A stretch of 40,000 bases of DNA from Bacillota bacterium (GCA_016280725.1 JAEEHF010000129.1:16160-56159), one strand, 5' to 3'. Positions 24,317 through 35,194 are shown, numbered from the stretch's first letter. Notes: a model not told the origin generated them from the sequence alone. Translations and numbers: made by a program.

Positions 24317-25441
24317 GTGTCTTATATTAATACAGTTGTTATAGAAAAAGAAAAACTAATAAATAATATACAAGTGGTAAAGAATAAGGCACAGGGTGCA
24401 AAAATAATTGCGGTAGTAAAAGGAAATGCGTATGGAATGGGAGTTAACATTGCTCCTAAGGTTTTTTTAGAAAACGGAATTGATACATTTGCTGTTTGCG
24501 ATTTGCCAGAAGCAATGGAACTAAAAGAACAAGGCGTTTCTAATAATATTATTATCTTAAATTCAACTTCTATATATGAAGATGTAAAAAGGATAGTTGA
24601 GAATGGGTTTATTGCAAGTATTGGAAGTTTTGAAACATTGGAAAAATACATTGAAGCATCGCACGAATTATCAAAAGACGTGAGAGTTCACATTAAAATT
24701 GATACTGGTTTTTCAAGGTTTGGATTTAGTGCTAAAGACCTTATTTCTCATGATGAAATTCAAAATAAATTGTTTATTATTCTCAAAGAAAATTCATGCA
24801 TAAAGGTTGAGGGAGTATATACACATTTTCAGCAATCGTATGATAAGAACCCAAAAAGAACATATGAACAATTTGATATATTTAAAAGAGTAGTGAGCCT
24901 ATTTAAAAGCAAAGGATATGAAAATATATTATTTCATGCATGCAATAGTTATGCATTCATTAAGTATCCAAGCATGCATCTAAATGCTGTTCGAATCGGT
25001 TCTGCTTTCACAGGAAGAATGTTGGAAGCAAGCAAACTAGGGCTAAAAAGGGTTGGATATTTTAGTACAAGAATTTGTGAAATAAAAACACTTCAAAAAG
25101 GATCAAAATTAGGATATTCAGGTACATGTAAATTAAAAAAAGATACAAAGGTTGCAATTGTTGAAGCAGGGTATGGTGATGGACTATTTGTTTCTGGTCC
25201 TAAAGATTCATCAAGAATTATTCATAAAATACGAAGTGTTATTCATAGTTTTAATGATATCTTTAGAGATAAAAATAAATACGTGTACGTTAATGGAAAG
25301 AAGTGCAAGATTTTAGGTAGAGTCGGAATGCGAAACTTCATTTTGGATTTAACAAATGTTGATGCTAAAATTAATGACGAAGTTAAAGTCGATATTAATA
25401 TTGTACTTACTAATCAAAAAGTTCCAAGAATACTAAAATAA
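24317..25441 (+). CDS. alr: Alanine racemase.
   Basis: The PLP-lysine motif is AVVKGNAYGMG. It has a barrel plus C-terminal beta domain and is about 374 aa. Confidence 0.8.
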   Translation: MSYINTVVIEKEKLINNIQVVKNKAQGAKIIAVVKGNAYGMGVNIAPKVFLENGIDTFAVCDLPEAMELKEQGVSNNIIILNSTSIYEDVKRIVENGFIASIGSFETLEKYIEASHELSKDVRVHIKIDTGFSRFGFSAKDLISHDEIQNKLFIILKENSCIKVEGVYTHFQQSYDKNPKRTYEQFDIFKRVVSLFKSKGYENILFHACNSYAFIKYPSMHLNAVRIGSAFTGRMLEASKLGLKRVGYFSTRICEIKTLQKGSKLGYSGTCKLKKDTKVAIVEAGYGDGLFVSGPKDSSRIIHKIRSVIHSFNDIFRDKNKYVYVNGKKCKILGRVGMRNFILDLTNVDAKINDEVKVDINIVLTNQKVPRILK

Positions 25442-25453
25442 ATTGGAGGCAGG

Positions 25454-26434
25454 ATGAAACAAAGAAGAATTGGTTTTTTGACAAGATTTTTTCTTGCAAT
25501 AGGGGATTTTCGAATATATCCTTTTTCACAAAAAGAACAATTAATTGTCGCAATCTCATATATATTTAAACTAACATTTCTTAGTTCGGCGATAATTGGT
25601 ACAGCATTACTTATAAATATTAATAATCAATCTTCGGAAATGGAAAAAGAATTTAAAAGGTTGGCATCTGATTTTACTGTAGAAAATGGAATGTTGACTT
25701 CTAGTAATCCTTCATCAGGAGAATTGATTGAAGATATATATTTTTTAGTGGATGGACAAAAAGAATCTGGAGATGTTAAAACTATAATTCATGAGTTCCC
25801 AAAGACATCTAGAGGGATTGCGATGCTTCTAAATGATAGGCTTTATTTTGCATATATATTCCCAGATGGTTATACTCAAGTTCTTAAGTTCAATTATGAC
25901 GATTATGATATAGAAACGAAAGATGGCTTAGTTTCTATGTGGCATGAGTTTAATGAGTCGTATTCGATTAGACTTATATTATTAATTACAACTGTTTTGA
26001 CAACATTTATAGGACTAATTATACTACGTGGCTGGACATTAATGATTTATCTAATAACGGTTTACATGATTAATGCGTTGTTTGGTAATAAGCTTAAATT
26101 TTCTGGTTACTTAAAGGTTGCCATCTATGCTTCGACAGTTCCAGTTGTTTTGGATACAATTTCACTTGTTGCGATTGGTGAAGTTCCACAACTTGCTAGT
26201 TTTATTGAGGGCTTAATCTGCTTTATTTATGTGTTCTATGGCCTTAGAGCAATTAGAATAGATCAACTATTAATGGCAGGTATAGGAAAAACCCCTGAGG
26301 AAAGAATTAAAGATGCAATTAATAAAGCACAAAAAGAAATTGAAGAGCAGCTAAAAAAAGATGAAGATAACAATTCTAACAAAAATGAAGAAGAAACTAA
26401 AGAAAAAGAAGAAAACGATAAAGAATCAAAATAA
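25454..26434 (+). CDS. Polytopic membrane protein (DUF1189-like) with a Lys/Glu-rich C-terminal tail.
   Basis: The N-terminus FLTRFFLAIGDFRIYPF and the overall TM layout resemble the DUF1189 family as I recall it. Confidence 0.45.
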   Translation: MKQRRIGFLTRFFLAIGDFRIYPFSQKEQLIVAISYIFKLTFLSSAIIGTALLININNQSSEMEKEFKRLASDFTVENGMLTSSNPSSGELIEDIYFLVDGQKESGDVKTIIHEFPKTSRGIAMLLNDRLYFAYIFPDGYTQVLKFNYDDYDIETKDGLVSMWHEFNESYSIRLILLITTVLTTFIGLIILRGWTLMIYLITVYMINALFGNKLKFSGYLKVAIYASTVPVVLDTISLVAIGEVPQLASFIEGLICFIYVFYGLRAIRIDQLLMAGIGKTPEERIKDAINKAQKEIEEQLKKDEDNNSNKNEEETKEKEENDKESK

Positions 26435-26442
26435 TACATAAC

Positions 26443-26580
26443 AAGAGTGCATTACTATTATATAACGAAAAAGTGGTCGCCCGATTCGTAGTTGGAAATA
26501 TTGATTTTCAATCAATATTTCCTCATGAGCTCCATCAACATCTTACACTTTTTCTTTTATATAATAGTAACGCACTCGTT
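26443..26580. other. Nested inverted-repeat structure in a convergent intergenic region.
   Basis: The outer arms AAGAGTGCATTACTATTATATAA (26443-26465) and TTATATAATAGTAACGCACTCGTT (26557-26580) match at 21 of 23 positions. The inner hairpin is a perfect 13-bp stem, GGAAATATTGATT-ttc-AATCAATATTTCC (26494-26522). Confidence 0.6.
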
Positions 26581-26593
26581 CTATATACGTTAT

Positions 26594-27832
26594 TTACATT
26601 TTTAGGAACGGTTTTAGATAGTCTTCGTTTATTGTTCGATATTTTGGATTTGTTTTTTCAAGGTTATAAATATTAGTTGCTAACACATCTAATTCAGCAA
26701 GCCTTTTTTGTTCTTCAGTAGCATTTTTCATAAATGTGCTAAGTGAAGTAATTACTGGAATAGAGGATGTACTTGATATGTAAGATAGAAGCTTCTTCCC
26801 TTTTGAACCTATACCAAGAACTCTAGCATACATAGCTTTTTCTTTATATTCTGTCATTAAATCCTTACGGATGTTTAACAATATGTGAATAAGAATTCGT
26901 TGAATTCTACTTTGTGTGTATCGCTTTGATTTGATTTTATTAATCAATTCTTCTAGTGTATAAGTTCCTCTTATTGAATTTGATATAACATTTTCTAAGC
27001 CTTCTTCAACGTCTAAGATATTCGATATTTCCTTGTTTGTCATTGTAGCGATTTTATAGAAGATTTCTTTTTCAAAGTTGTCTATAGAAATTGGATAAGT
27101 TCCCATGTTGTAACTCTCAGACAATATCTTAAATGAACTTTCAGGTAAAGCACTTTTAACTTTGCTTAGTTCTTCATTTAAAAGAGTATTTCGAATTGCA
27201 GATGCGCTTGGATACTCTGAATTAATATCCAAAGAATGGTAAGAGTCACCTATTCTTTTTATGGCAACTGGAGAAATTGAACTATTGGTTTTGATTAATG
27301 ACTTTAGATATTCAATTGCTAAAATATTATTTGGCATTTCCAATATTTGCTCTATTTCATTCTTAGGGTATTTATTTTTAAGTAGTTTAACGATGCTTTC
27401 ACATCTTGCCTTGGGATATGATACACCATCTGATAGACTTTCTTTTAGTTCATTCTTAAATGCATCTGGTTCATCTGCTAGTATTTTAGCTATTTCTTTA
27501 AGCATGTTTATATTATCAGATTCAGCCCCAAAGCATAAGTAATCTACACAGTTTAAAGCATTTAATATATTAATCGAACCTTGAGCAAAGTATTCAGCAC
27601 TTGCTACAGAATAAAGTGTTGGAAGTTCAATAACTAAATCGCAGTATGAAGATAGTGCCATTTTCGTTCTTTCCCATTTATCAAGCATTGCAGCATCGCC
27701 GCGTTCAACAAAATTTCCGCTCATAATGCATATTATATAGTCTGAAGAAGTTACCTCTTTAGCCTTTTTTAGCAGATATTCATGACCTAAATGAAATGGA
27801 TTAAATTCTGCGATAATAGCACAAATTTTCAT
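26594..27832 (-). CDS. tmcAL: tRNA(Met) cytidine acetate ligase (UPF0348/DUF795 nucleotidyltransferase).
   Basis: MKICAIIAEFNPFHLGHEYLL is the HxGH nucleotidyltransferase motif characteristic of TmcAL. Length is about 412 aa from the ATG with an AAGGAGA RBS. Confidence 0.8.
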   Translation of the reverse strand: MKICAIIAEFNPFHLGHEYLLKKAKEVTSSDYIICIMSGNFVERGDAAMLDKWERTKMALSSYCDLVIELPTLYSVASAEYFAQGSINILNALNCVDYLCFGAESDNINMLKEIAKILADEPDAFKNELKESLSDGVSYPKARCESIVKLLKNKYPKNEIEQILEMPNNILAIEYLKSLIKTNSSISPVAIKRIGDSYHSLDINSEYPSASAIRNTLLNEELSKVKSALPESSFKILSESYNMGTYPISIDNFEKEIFYKIATMTNKEISNILDVEEGLENVISNSIRGTYTLEELINKIKSKRYTQSRIQRILIHILLNIRKDLMTEYKEKAMYARVLGIGSKGKKLLSYISSTSSIPVITSLSTFMKNATEEQKRLAELDVLATNIYNLEKTNPKYRTINEDYLKPFLKM

Positions 27833-27931
27833 ATAAATTCTCCTTAAATTAGTGTAGATTTTTCTTTGAAGATATGCTATCATACGTATAAATTTAATTC
27901 AAGTTGTGGATACATTCGAGGAGACCTGTAT

Positions 27932-28366
27932 ATGGATGAAGTGACTATTTATACTGATGGTGCTTGCTCTGGAAACCCTGGGAAAGGCGGCTGGGGAGCA
28001 GTTTTGATATATAATGGTATAACTAAAACTATTAGTGGTGCGAGCGAGAATACAACTAATAATCAGATGGAGCTTATGGCACCAATCAAAGCTTTAGAAC
28101 TATTAAAAAGGCCGTGCAAAGTTAAATTATATAGTGATAGTGCTTATCTAGTGAATGCGTTTACAAACGGCTGGATATATAATTGGCAGAAAAATGGCTG
28201 GAAAACGGCCAACAAATCTGACGTCAAAAACCGTGATTTATGGGAGAAAATCTATGGTTTTACTAAGGTTCATGAAATAGAGTGGATTAAGGTAAAAGGA
28301 CATAGTACAAATGAATATAACAACCTGTGTGATAAGATGGCAGTCGAGGCATACAAGAAATTATAA
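27932..28366 (+). CDS. rnhA: Ribonuclease HI.
   Basis: IYTDGACSGNPGKGGWGAVL, NNQMEL, SDS-Y and KVKGHS are the RNase H DEDD core. Confidence 0.9.
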   Translation: MDEVTIYTDGACSGNPGKGGWGAVLIYNGITKTISGASENTTNNQMELMAPIKALELLKRPCKVKLYSDSAYLVNAFTNGWIYNWQKNGWKTANKSDVKNRDLWEKIYGFTKVHEIEWIKVKGHSTNEYNNLCDKMAVEAYKKL

Positions 28367-28537
28367 AATTTACATAAAAGTATTGCAAATTTCTACTATA
28401 TTGTATAAAATATGCTTGCGTTTATGGAAATTAAGCAGTTAGCTTTACAATAAATTAACCTAAGATAATTATTATTGCAAACTGTAATAATGGTTTGCGA
28501 AAGAAATCCCATTTTATTAAAAGGAGCATATAGTATT

Positions 28538-29422
28538 ATGAATAATAATCTTGTTGATAATTTTTTAAATTTTCTAGAGAATGATAAGAAACTTTCAGAT
28601 AACACTTTGCAATCATATAATAGGGACATTAAGTTATATGGTAATTATCTTGACGCTCATAATATGAATGCGATTGATGGAACAGAAGATTCCATTAAAG
28701 AGTATTTTGGAGAACTTAAAAACGAAGGTAAGGCTGATAGTACAATCTCTAGAAACCTTGCTTCTTTAAGATCGTTTTATCAATATCTATATAAAAACAA
28801 AATTGTTTCTGAAGATCCAACAACACATATTGAATCTCCAAAGATTACAAGAAAACCACCTAAGATTTTATCTACAGAACAAGTTGAACTTCTTCTTAAT
28901 CAACCAAAGTGTGTAGACCTAAAAGGATATAGAGATAAGGCTATGCTTGAGCTTGTTTATGCAACAGGAATTAGGGTAACAGAGCTTATCTCACTTGATG
29001 TAGATGATTTAGATTTAGAAGCAAGTTCTATTAAATGCGCAACACACGGAAAAGAAAGAATTATTCCAATTGGTTCTCTTGCAAATAATGCTCTTTCTGA
29101 ATATATCACAAAGGCAAGAAAATCAATGCTTAAAGATGAACAAGACCAAGCTTTGTTTGTAAATGTCAATGGCAAGAGACTTACAAGACAAGGATTTTGG
29201 AAGATTATTAAACAATACAAAAATCAAGCTGATATTGACGTAGATATTACTCCACATACACTTCGTCATTCATTTGCAATGCACTTACTTGAAAATGGAG
29301 CTGAACTTAGAGATATTCAAGAAATGCTTGGCCATTCAGATATATCTTCTACTCAAGTATATGCACAAATGGAACAAGATAGAATTAAGACTATGTATAT
29401 GAAATCTCATCCAAGAGCTTAA
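28538..29422 (+). CDS. xerD: Tyrosine recombinase XerD/XerC type.
   Basis: An N-terminal SAM-like domain (LSDNTLQSYNRDIKLY) is followed by the catalytic residues R...HTLRHSFA...LGHSDISSTQVY. Confidence 0.8.
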   Translation: MNNNLVDNFLNFLENDKKLSDNTLQSYNRDIKLYGNYLDAHNMNAIDGTEDSIKEYFGELKNEGKADSTISRNLASLRSFYQYLYKNKIVSEDPTTHIESPKITRKPPKILSTEQVELLLNQPKCVDLKGYRDKAMLELVYATGIRVTELISLDVDDLDLEASSIKCATHGKERIIPIGSLANNALSEYITKARKSMLKDEQDQALFVNVNGKRLTRQGFWKIIKQYKNQADIDVDITPHTLRHSFAMHLLENGAELRDIQEMLGHSDISSTQVYAQMEQDRIKTMYMKSHPRA

Positions 29423-29438
29423 AACTATATAAATATAA

Positions 29439-29470
29439 GGCTTTCCGAATATCTTCGGAAAGCCTTTTTT
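29439..29470 (+). terminator. Rho-independent terminator after xerD.
   Basis: GGCTTTCCGAA-tatc-TTCGGAAAGCC is followed by TTTTTT. Confidence 0.85.
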
Positions 29471-29551
29471 GTGCGCTTTTTGTATTGTATATTTGAGCAT
29501 TTTCTAGTATAATTTTAGGGATGAAAAATGCTTTAACAAAGGAGAATTAAA

Positions 29552-30931
29552 ATGTTAGTAGATGTCAAAAACTTATATAAAAATTCTGACAAATATGCAA
29601 ATGCAGAAGTTGAACTAAAAGGTTGGGTAAAAACAGCAAGAGATTCTAAAACATTTGGATTTATTGAATTTAATGATGGATCATTTTTTAGGAACATCCA
29701 AATAGTTTACGATGATACATTGTCTAACTTTGAGGAAATTACTAAAGTAACAATTTATTCAAGTATTGAGGTTAAAGGAAAATTTATTCTTACGCCAGAA
29801 GCAAAACAGCCTTTTGAAATTAAGGCAACAAGCATTTCAATATTTGGAAAATCAGAGTCAGATTATCCACTTCAAAAAAAGGGACATTCAGTAGAATTTT
29901 TAAGAGAGCAAGCATATCTTCGCCCAAGAACGAATTTGTTTAATGCTGTATTTAGAGTAAGAAGTGTTGCTGCCATGGCAATTCATGAGTACTTCCAAGA
30001 TAGGGGTTATGTATATGTACATACTCCACTTATTACATCAAATGATGGTGAAGGTGCAGGGGAAATGTTCCAAGTAACCACGCTTGATTTAGATAAGGTT
30101 GCTTCACTTGGCAAAGTACAATACGAAAATGATTTCTTTGGTAAAAAGGTTGGACTTACAGTTACAGGTCAGCTAGAAGGTGAAACTTTTGCACATGCTT
30201 TTGGAAAAATATACACATTTGGACCTTCTTTTAGAGCAGAGAATTCAAATACTAAAACTCACGTTTCTGAATTTTGGATGATAGAGCCTGAAATTGCATT
30301 TTGTGATTTAGAAGGAGTTATGGATGTTGAAGAGGACATGCTTAAATATATCGTAAAAACTGTCCTTGAAAAGTGCAGAGAAGAAATGGAGTTTTTAGAT
30401 AAGTTTGTTAGCAATGGCTTAATTGAAAAACTAGAGAAATTGTTAAATAGTAAATTTACAAGAATATCGCACGAAGATGTTATTACAATTCTTAAAGAAG
30501 CAAAAGTTGATTGGGAATTTAAACCAGAGTATGGAGAAGATATTGCTAAAGAACATGAAAAATACATTACTGAGCATTTCAATGGTCCTGTGTTTATAAC
30601 AAATTGGCCAAAAGATATTAAAGCATTTTATATGAAACAAAATAGCGACGGTAAAACAGTAGCTGCAGTTGACTTGGAAGTTCCAGGTGCAGGCGAGCTT
30701 ATGGGAGGAAGCCAAAGAGAAGAAAATTATGACAAACTAATTTCTAGAATGAAAGAATTAGGAATGCGTACAGAAGAACTAGACTGGTATTTAAATCTTA
30801 GAAGATACGGAACAACAATCCATAGTGGATTTGGAATGGGATTTGAAAGATTAATTATGTACTTAACTGGGGTGGAAAATATAAGAGATGTTATTCCATA
30901 CCCAAGAACACCAGGAAATTGTGAATTCTAA
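29552..30931 (+). CDS. asnS: Asparagine--tRNA ligase.
   Basis: An OB-fold N-terminus is followed by class IIb motifs (FRAENSNT-HVSEFWMIEPE, GFGMGFERL). 459 aa. Confidence 0.9.
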   Translation: MLVDVKNLYKNSDKYANAEVELKGWVKTARDSKTFGFIEFNDGSFFRNIQIVYDDTLSNFEEITKVTIYSSIEVKGKFILTPEAKQPFEIKATSISIFGKSESDYPLQKKGHSVEFLREQAYLRPRTNLFNAVFRVRSVAAMAIHEYFQDRGYVYVHTPLITSNDGEGAGEMFQVTTLDLDKVASLGKVQYENDFFGKKVGLTVTGQLEGETFAHAFGKIYTFGPSFRAENSNTKTHVSEFWMIEPEIAFCDLEGVMDVEEDMLKYIVKTVLEKCREEMEFLDKFVSNGLIEKLEKLLNSKFTRISHEDVITILKEAKVDWEFKPEYGEDIAKEHEKYITEHFNGPVFITNWPKDIKAFYMKQNSDGKTVAAVDLEVPGAGELMGGSQREENYDKLISRMKELGMRTEELDWYLNLRRYGTTIHSGFGMGFERLIMYLTGVENIRDVIPYPRTPGNCEF

Positions 30932-30945
30932 AATTGGGGGCTTTT

Positions 30946-31584
30946 ATGTATAAATACATAAAAAGAATGTTTGACATTCTTCTTTCGATTATTTTAATAA
31001 TTGTTCTTTTTATACCTATGGTCATTATTGCCTTCTTGATTTGGAAGGAAGATAAGGGATCACCATTTTTTGTTCAAGATAGAATGGGAAAAGACTTAAA
31101 ACCTTTCAAAATGTATAAGTTTAGGTCAATGTTAGAAGAAAGAACTGCTTTAGATGGGAAACTTACACATGATCAAATGGTAACTAATATTGGTAAGTTC
31201 ATTAGAAAGACTAGTCTTGATGAATTGCCTCAAATATTTAACGTTTTAAAGGGAGAAATGTCTTTTGTAGGTCCACGTCCTTGGATTCTTGAATATTATG
31301 AATGGTTAACACCAATTCAAAAAAGGAGAATTAATGTTAGACCGGGAATAACTGGTCTTGCACAAGTAAGAGGAAGAAATGGCATAAGTGTTATGCGTAA
31401 AGTTGAATATGATTTAGAATATGTCAATCATTTTGGCCCAAAGTATGACTTAATGATTATTTGGGAATCAATACAAGTTGTTCTAGGTAAAAAGGATTCA
31501 GAAATAACAGAAGCTGGAATATCTCAAGAATTTGAAGAACTTAGAAAAAATCCTAAAATAAAATCAAATAGAAAAAAAGCATAA
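30946..31584 (+). CDS. Undecaprenyl-phosphate sugar phosphotransferase (bacterial sugar transferase family, WbaP/EpsL-like small form).
   Basis: KRMFDILLSIILIIVL..., GSPFFVQDRMGK, FKMYKFRSM, DELPQ and PGITGLAQV are present. Confidence 0.85.
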   Translation: MYKYIKRMFDILLSIILIIVLFIPMVIIAFLIWKEDKGSPFFVQDRMGKDLKPFKMYKFRSMLEERTALDGKLTHDQMVTNIGKFIRKTSLDELPQIFNVLKGEMSFVGPRPWILEYYEWLTPIQKRRINVRPGITGLAQVRGRNGISVMRKVEYDLEYVNHFGPKYDLMIIWESIQVVLGKKDSEITEAGISQEFEELRKNPKIKSNRKKA

Positions 31585-31604
31585 AGGAGAATTAAAGTTT
31601 AGTC

Positions 31605-33839
31605 ATGAATAAAGAAACAGAAATAATGTTTAATAAGGTGTTTAGAATAACATCATTTGTTCTTTTAATTATTACAGTATTAACGATACCAATAGTGTTT
31701 TTATTGAGAAAGATATCATATGACAATTATTTAATACTTGGAGCTACACTTGGAGCTGATTCGGAAGCCGTTAAGAATTTCGTATTGTTTGAGATGCCAA
31801 TGGCTATTTACAAAATTAATTCTGTTCTATGTGTCATCTCAATTATTTTGCAAATCATATATTTTGCTACAAAAAAAATCTTGTGTGACAATAAGAAAAT
31901 AACTACCAAAGAAAGACTTATCAAAAATTGGCCATGCTTATTGCTTGCGTTTTTTATGGCATGGACATCGGTTGGATGTATACAAGCAGGCATGGAAATG
32001 GATGCGGAATTATATATCAAAAGAGCCAAAAATATTGAAGATGTTCCGCAGAGACTTATAGATATAGCAAATTGGTCACCAAACGACAGAATGGCAAATA
32101 CTACTAGTATTTATCAAAATGCTAAAGATAGAGCATGGCATGGATGTGAAAACCTTAAAGACGGATATTTCTCGTTTATGTTTTATGCTACTATTGTTCT
32201 TAATATTTTGATGCTTGGAAACGAGAGCAAGAAACATAAGACATGGGTTTTACGAGTATTACTAATATCGTCATTATTCTTGGGAATATGCACACTTATT
32301 TCTTTCTATCGACCAATAGTATTTAAAAACGTTTGCTATTTTAAGCGAGCAATTTTCAACAACTCAAATCACTTTGGCTATTATATGTCAGTAGTAATGG
32401 CAATGTCTGCTGTAATGTGGATAAGAGAAAAGAGTTTATATTTTAAGGGATTAAATCTTTTGAACTTTATAATATATGCTCCTCTTTTAATGATAAATAA
32501 TACATTTGGTGCTTTTCTTGGTGTATTATGTGCGATGGTATTCTTATTCATAACAACATGTATACGAGTTTTTAAAGATAAGAAGAAAGTTAAAGAATTA
32601 ATTCAATATCTAATATGCGCAATAGTATTTTTCTCAAGTAGTTTTACAATCGCAAGTTCAGTATCAAATAACTATACAAGAGGAAATAATTATTTCTCAT
32701 ACTCAATCTTGAATTTCAATTTTGGAGATTCTACATATGCATTATCATGTAACTCTATATCAGATATAGAAGCCAAAGCACTTGGTATAGACGATACTAC
32801 GGTTAACGGTGTTAAGGTTAAGTGGGGTAATAAAATTGAAAAACTTAATGCAAAGCAAAAATCTTACTGGAGTAGAAACTTTGGTGGACTAATAAATGAT
32901 ATTAAAGTTCTTTCTGGATTTGTTGAGGAGACAAAGAAGGTTAGCGGTGATGGCAAAATCACAATAACCCAGGAAGAATTTAATGCAAAACTTTCTGAAA
33001 TAAGTGCAAAGTATCCAAAGGTTAGCGGTGAAACATTAGAAGAATTCAATGAAAGACAAAATAAGATCCAAGAAGAGTATTCTGAAGTATTAAATACATA
33101 TGTTGTTGGCGAGACAAAAGTTGAAAACAGCAAATCTGGACTTACTGAAGAAGTATCATCAATTGGTTCAGGTAGAGGAGAGACTTGGATAAAAGTACTT
33201 GATTTAGTTAATCAACGACCATGGTTTGGATGGGGATTGGAAAACTTACTAAATGAATTTTACGGTCAATATGGTATTTCTGAAGGAAGAACACATAATC
33301 TTGTGCTACAACTTGCCGGAACTGTTGGTATTCCAGGTGTAGCTGCATATTTGATTGCTACAATTAGTATTTTTATGAAGAATATATTTGATGCTAAATT
33401 TAGAAAGTATAGTAGGAACCAATTATTAGTTATCTTTGTAGTAATGGTAGTTGCAGCTATTGCTACAGCGTTAATTATAGGTCACTTTACTGATAAATTG
33501 TTATTTATTTGGGCAGGTATTATTGCTGTCGAAATCTTAATCTTTTTAATTTCATTTACTAAAAAGGTTAAACTTAGAGTTTCAGAATGGAATGAATTTG
33601 AGCATGTTGGTACTGTTGTGTTTGTTTCATATATGATTTCTTCGTTATTTGGAAACTCAGCATTTTATACTTCACCATACTTTATGATATTCTTGGGAAT
33701 TTTAGTGTATGAAATGCTTCACAAGAATAGCTTAATAGTTGATGAACAAAATAGTGCTTCAAATAATAAAGCCGAATCTTCAAAGAACAAGATAATAGAC
33801 AAGAGTAAAACAAAGACAAATAATGTAACTTCAAAATAA
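31605..33839 (+). CDS. O-antigen-ligase/polymerase-like polytopic membrane protein with a large extracytoplasmic insert.
   Basis: There are many TM segments. A Wzy_C-type block (RTHNLVLQLAGTVGIPG) is present, along with a roughly 150-aa hydrophilic loop. Confidence 0.6.
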   Translation: MNKETEIMFNKVFRITSFVLLIITVLTIPIVFLLRKISYDNYLILGATLGADSEAVKNFVLFEMPMAIYKINSVLCVISIILQIIYFATKKILCDNKKITTKERLIKNWPCLLLAFFMAWTSVGCIQAGMEMDAELYIKRAKNIEDVPQRLIDIANWSPNDRMANTTSIYQNAKDRAWHGCENLKDGYFSFMFYATIVLNILMLGNESKKHKTWVLRVLLISSLFLGICTLISFYRPIVFKNVCYFKRAIFNNSNHFGYYMSVVMAMSAVMWIREKSLYFKGLNLLNFIIYAPLLMINNTFGAFLGVLCAMVFLFITTCIRVFKDKKKVKELIQYLICAIVFFSSSFTIASSVSNNYTRGNNYFSYSILNFNFGDSTYALSCNSISDIEAKALGIDDTTVNGVKVKWGNKIEKLNAKQKSYWSRNFGGLINDIKVLSGFVEETKKVSGDGKITITQEEFNAKLSEISAKYPKVSGETLEEFNERQNKIQEEYSEVLNTYVVGETKVENSKSGLTEEVSSIGSGRGETWIKVLDLVNQRPWFGWGLENLLNEFYGQYGISEGRTHNLVLQLAGTVGIPGVAAYLIATISIFMKNIFDAKFRKYSRNQLLVIFVVMVVAAIATALIIGHFTDKLLFIWAGIIAVEILIFLISFTKKVKLRVSEWNEFEHVGTVVFVSYMISSLFGNSAFYTSPYFMIFLGILVYEMLHKNSLIVDEQNSASNNKAESSKNKIIDKSKTKTNNVTSK

Positions 33840-33863
33840 TAAAAAGAAAAGAGGGTAATAATC

Positions 33864-35174
33864 TTGAAAAAGGATTTAGTTGAACCTAGAACGTTACCTG
33901 GGTTTATGGAACTTTTACCTCAGGATCAAATTGAACTTGATAATATAAGAAACCTAATAGAAAACTCTTACAAAAAGTTTGGTTTTTTGCCAATTGATAC
34001 TCCAATTATTGAAGACTCAAATGTCCTTTTGGCAAAAGCAGGAGGAGAAACTGAAAAGCAAATATATAGATTTGCAAAAGGTGATAATGACTTATCTTTG
34101 AGATTCGACCTTACTGTTCCTCTTGCAAAGTATGTTGCAAAGAATTATGGTGTTTTGTCATTCCCATTTAGAAGATATCAAATTGGTAAAGTTTATAGAG
34201 CAGAACGTCCACAAAAAGGAAGGTATAGAGAATTCTATCAATGTGATATTGATGTAATTGGTGATGGTGAATTGGCTATTTCAAATGATGCTGAAATGCC
34301 AAGCATTATTTATCAAATCTTTTCTAAACTTAATTTTGGAAAGTTTACCATCAGAATTAATAATAGAAAGCTTTTAGGTGGTTTTTTTGAAAGCCTTGGA
34401 CTAGAAGATAAAATTGAACCTGTTCTTAGAATTGTAGATAAACTTGACAAGATTGGAAAAGAAAACGTTGAGGAATTGCTTGCTGACGAAAAAATAGAAA
34501 AAGAAAAAATAGATAGAATCCTTGATTTTGTCGCAAGTAAAGAGAATCCAATTGAATATTTGGATAAATTGAATATTCAAAATGAAACTTTTATGAATGG
34601 CTTATCCGAAATAAAAGAAGTATCAAAATATATGGTAGCATTTGGAGTACCTAAAGATTACTTTAGAATCGATTTAAGTATAGCTAGAGGTCTTGACTAT
34701 TATACTGGTACTGTGTTTGAAACTATAATTGATGCTTATCCAAATCTTGGAAGTGTATGTTCTGGCGGAAGATATGATAATTTAGCTGAATATTATACAG
34801 ATAAAAAGCTTCCTGGAGTTGGTATTTCAATTGGCCTTACAAGGTTATACTATGTATTAAAAGAATATAAATTATTGGGTGAACAAATAAATTCATCAAT
34901 TTCAAAAGCAATTATTTTGCCAATGAGCGAAGATTTGTCATATTCAATAAAAGTAGCTACGATGCTTCGTGATATGAACATTAATACAGAAATATATTTT
35001 GAGGGAAAAGCATTCAAGAAGAAATTGAATTATGCTAATAAGCAAAATATACCATATGCAATTATTATTGGTGAAGATGAAGAAAAAGCAAACACGATTA
35101 CTATAAAAAATATGATAACGGGAGAGCAGAGCAATATTGAACTATCACAGTTAAATAGAGAATTGTTTTTATAA
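33864..35174 (+). CDS. hisS: Histidine--tRNA ligase.
   Basis: PRTLPGFMELLP, FRRYQIGKVYRAERPQKGRYREFYQCD and GGRYDNL are present, with a C-terminal anticodon-binding domain. TTG start. Confidence 0.9.
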   Translation: MKKDLVEPRTLPGFMELLPQDQIELDNIRNLIENSYKKFGFLPIDTPIIEDSNVLLAKAGGETEKQIYRFAKGDNDLSLRFDLTVPLAKYVAKNYGVLSFPFRRYQIGKVYRAERPQKGRYREFYQCDIDVIGDGELAISNDAEMPSIIYQIFSKLNFGKFTIRINNRKLLGGFFESLGLEDKIEPVLRIVDKLDKIGKENVEELLADEKIEKEKIDRILDFVASKENPIEYLDKLNIQNETFMNGLSEIKEVSKYMVAFGVPKDYFRIDLSIARGLDYYTGTVFETIIDAYPNLGSVCSGGRYDNLAEYYTDKKLPGVGISIGLTRLYYVLKEYKLLGEQINSSISKAIILPMSEDLSYSIKVATMLRDMNINTEIYFEGKAFKKKLNYANKQNIPYAIIIGEDEEKANTITIKNMITGEQSNIELSQLNRELFL

Positions 35175-35194
35175 ACGAGAAGGAGTAGTGTTTT

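Noticed and set aside
26473-26676. A 67-aa ORF in the ORF track.
   Set aside because: It spans the intergenic inverted repeats and runs antisense into the 3' end of tmcAL. There is no RBS and no homology.
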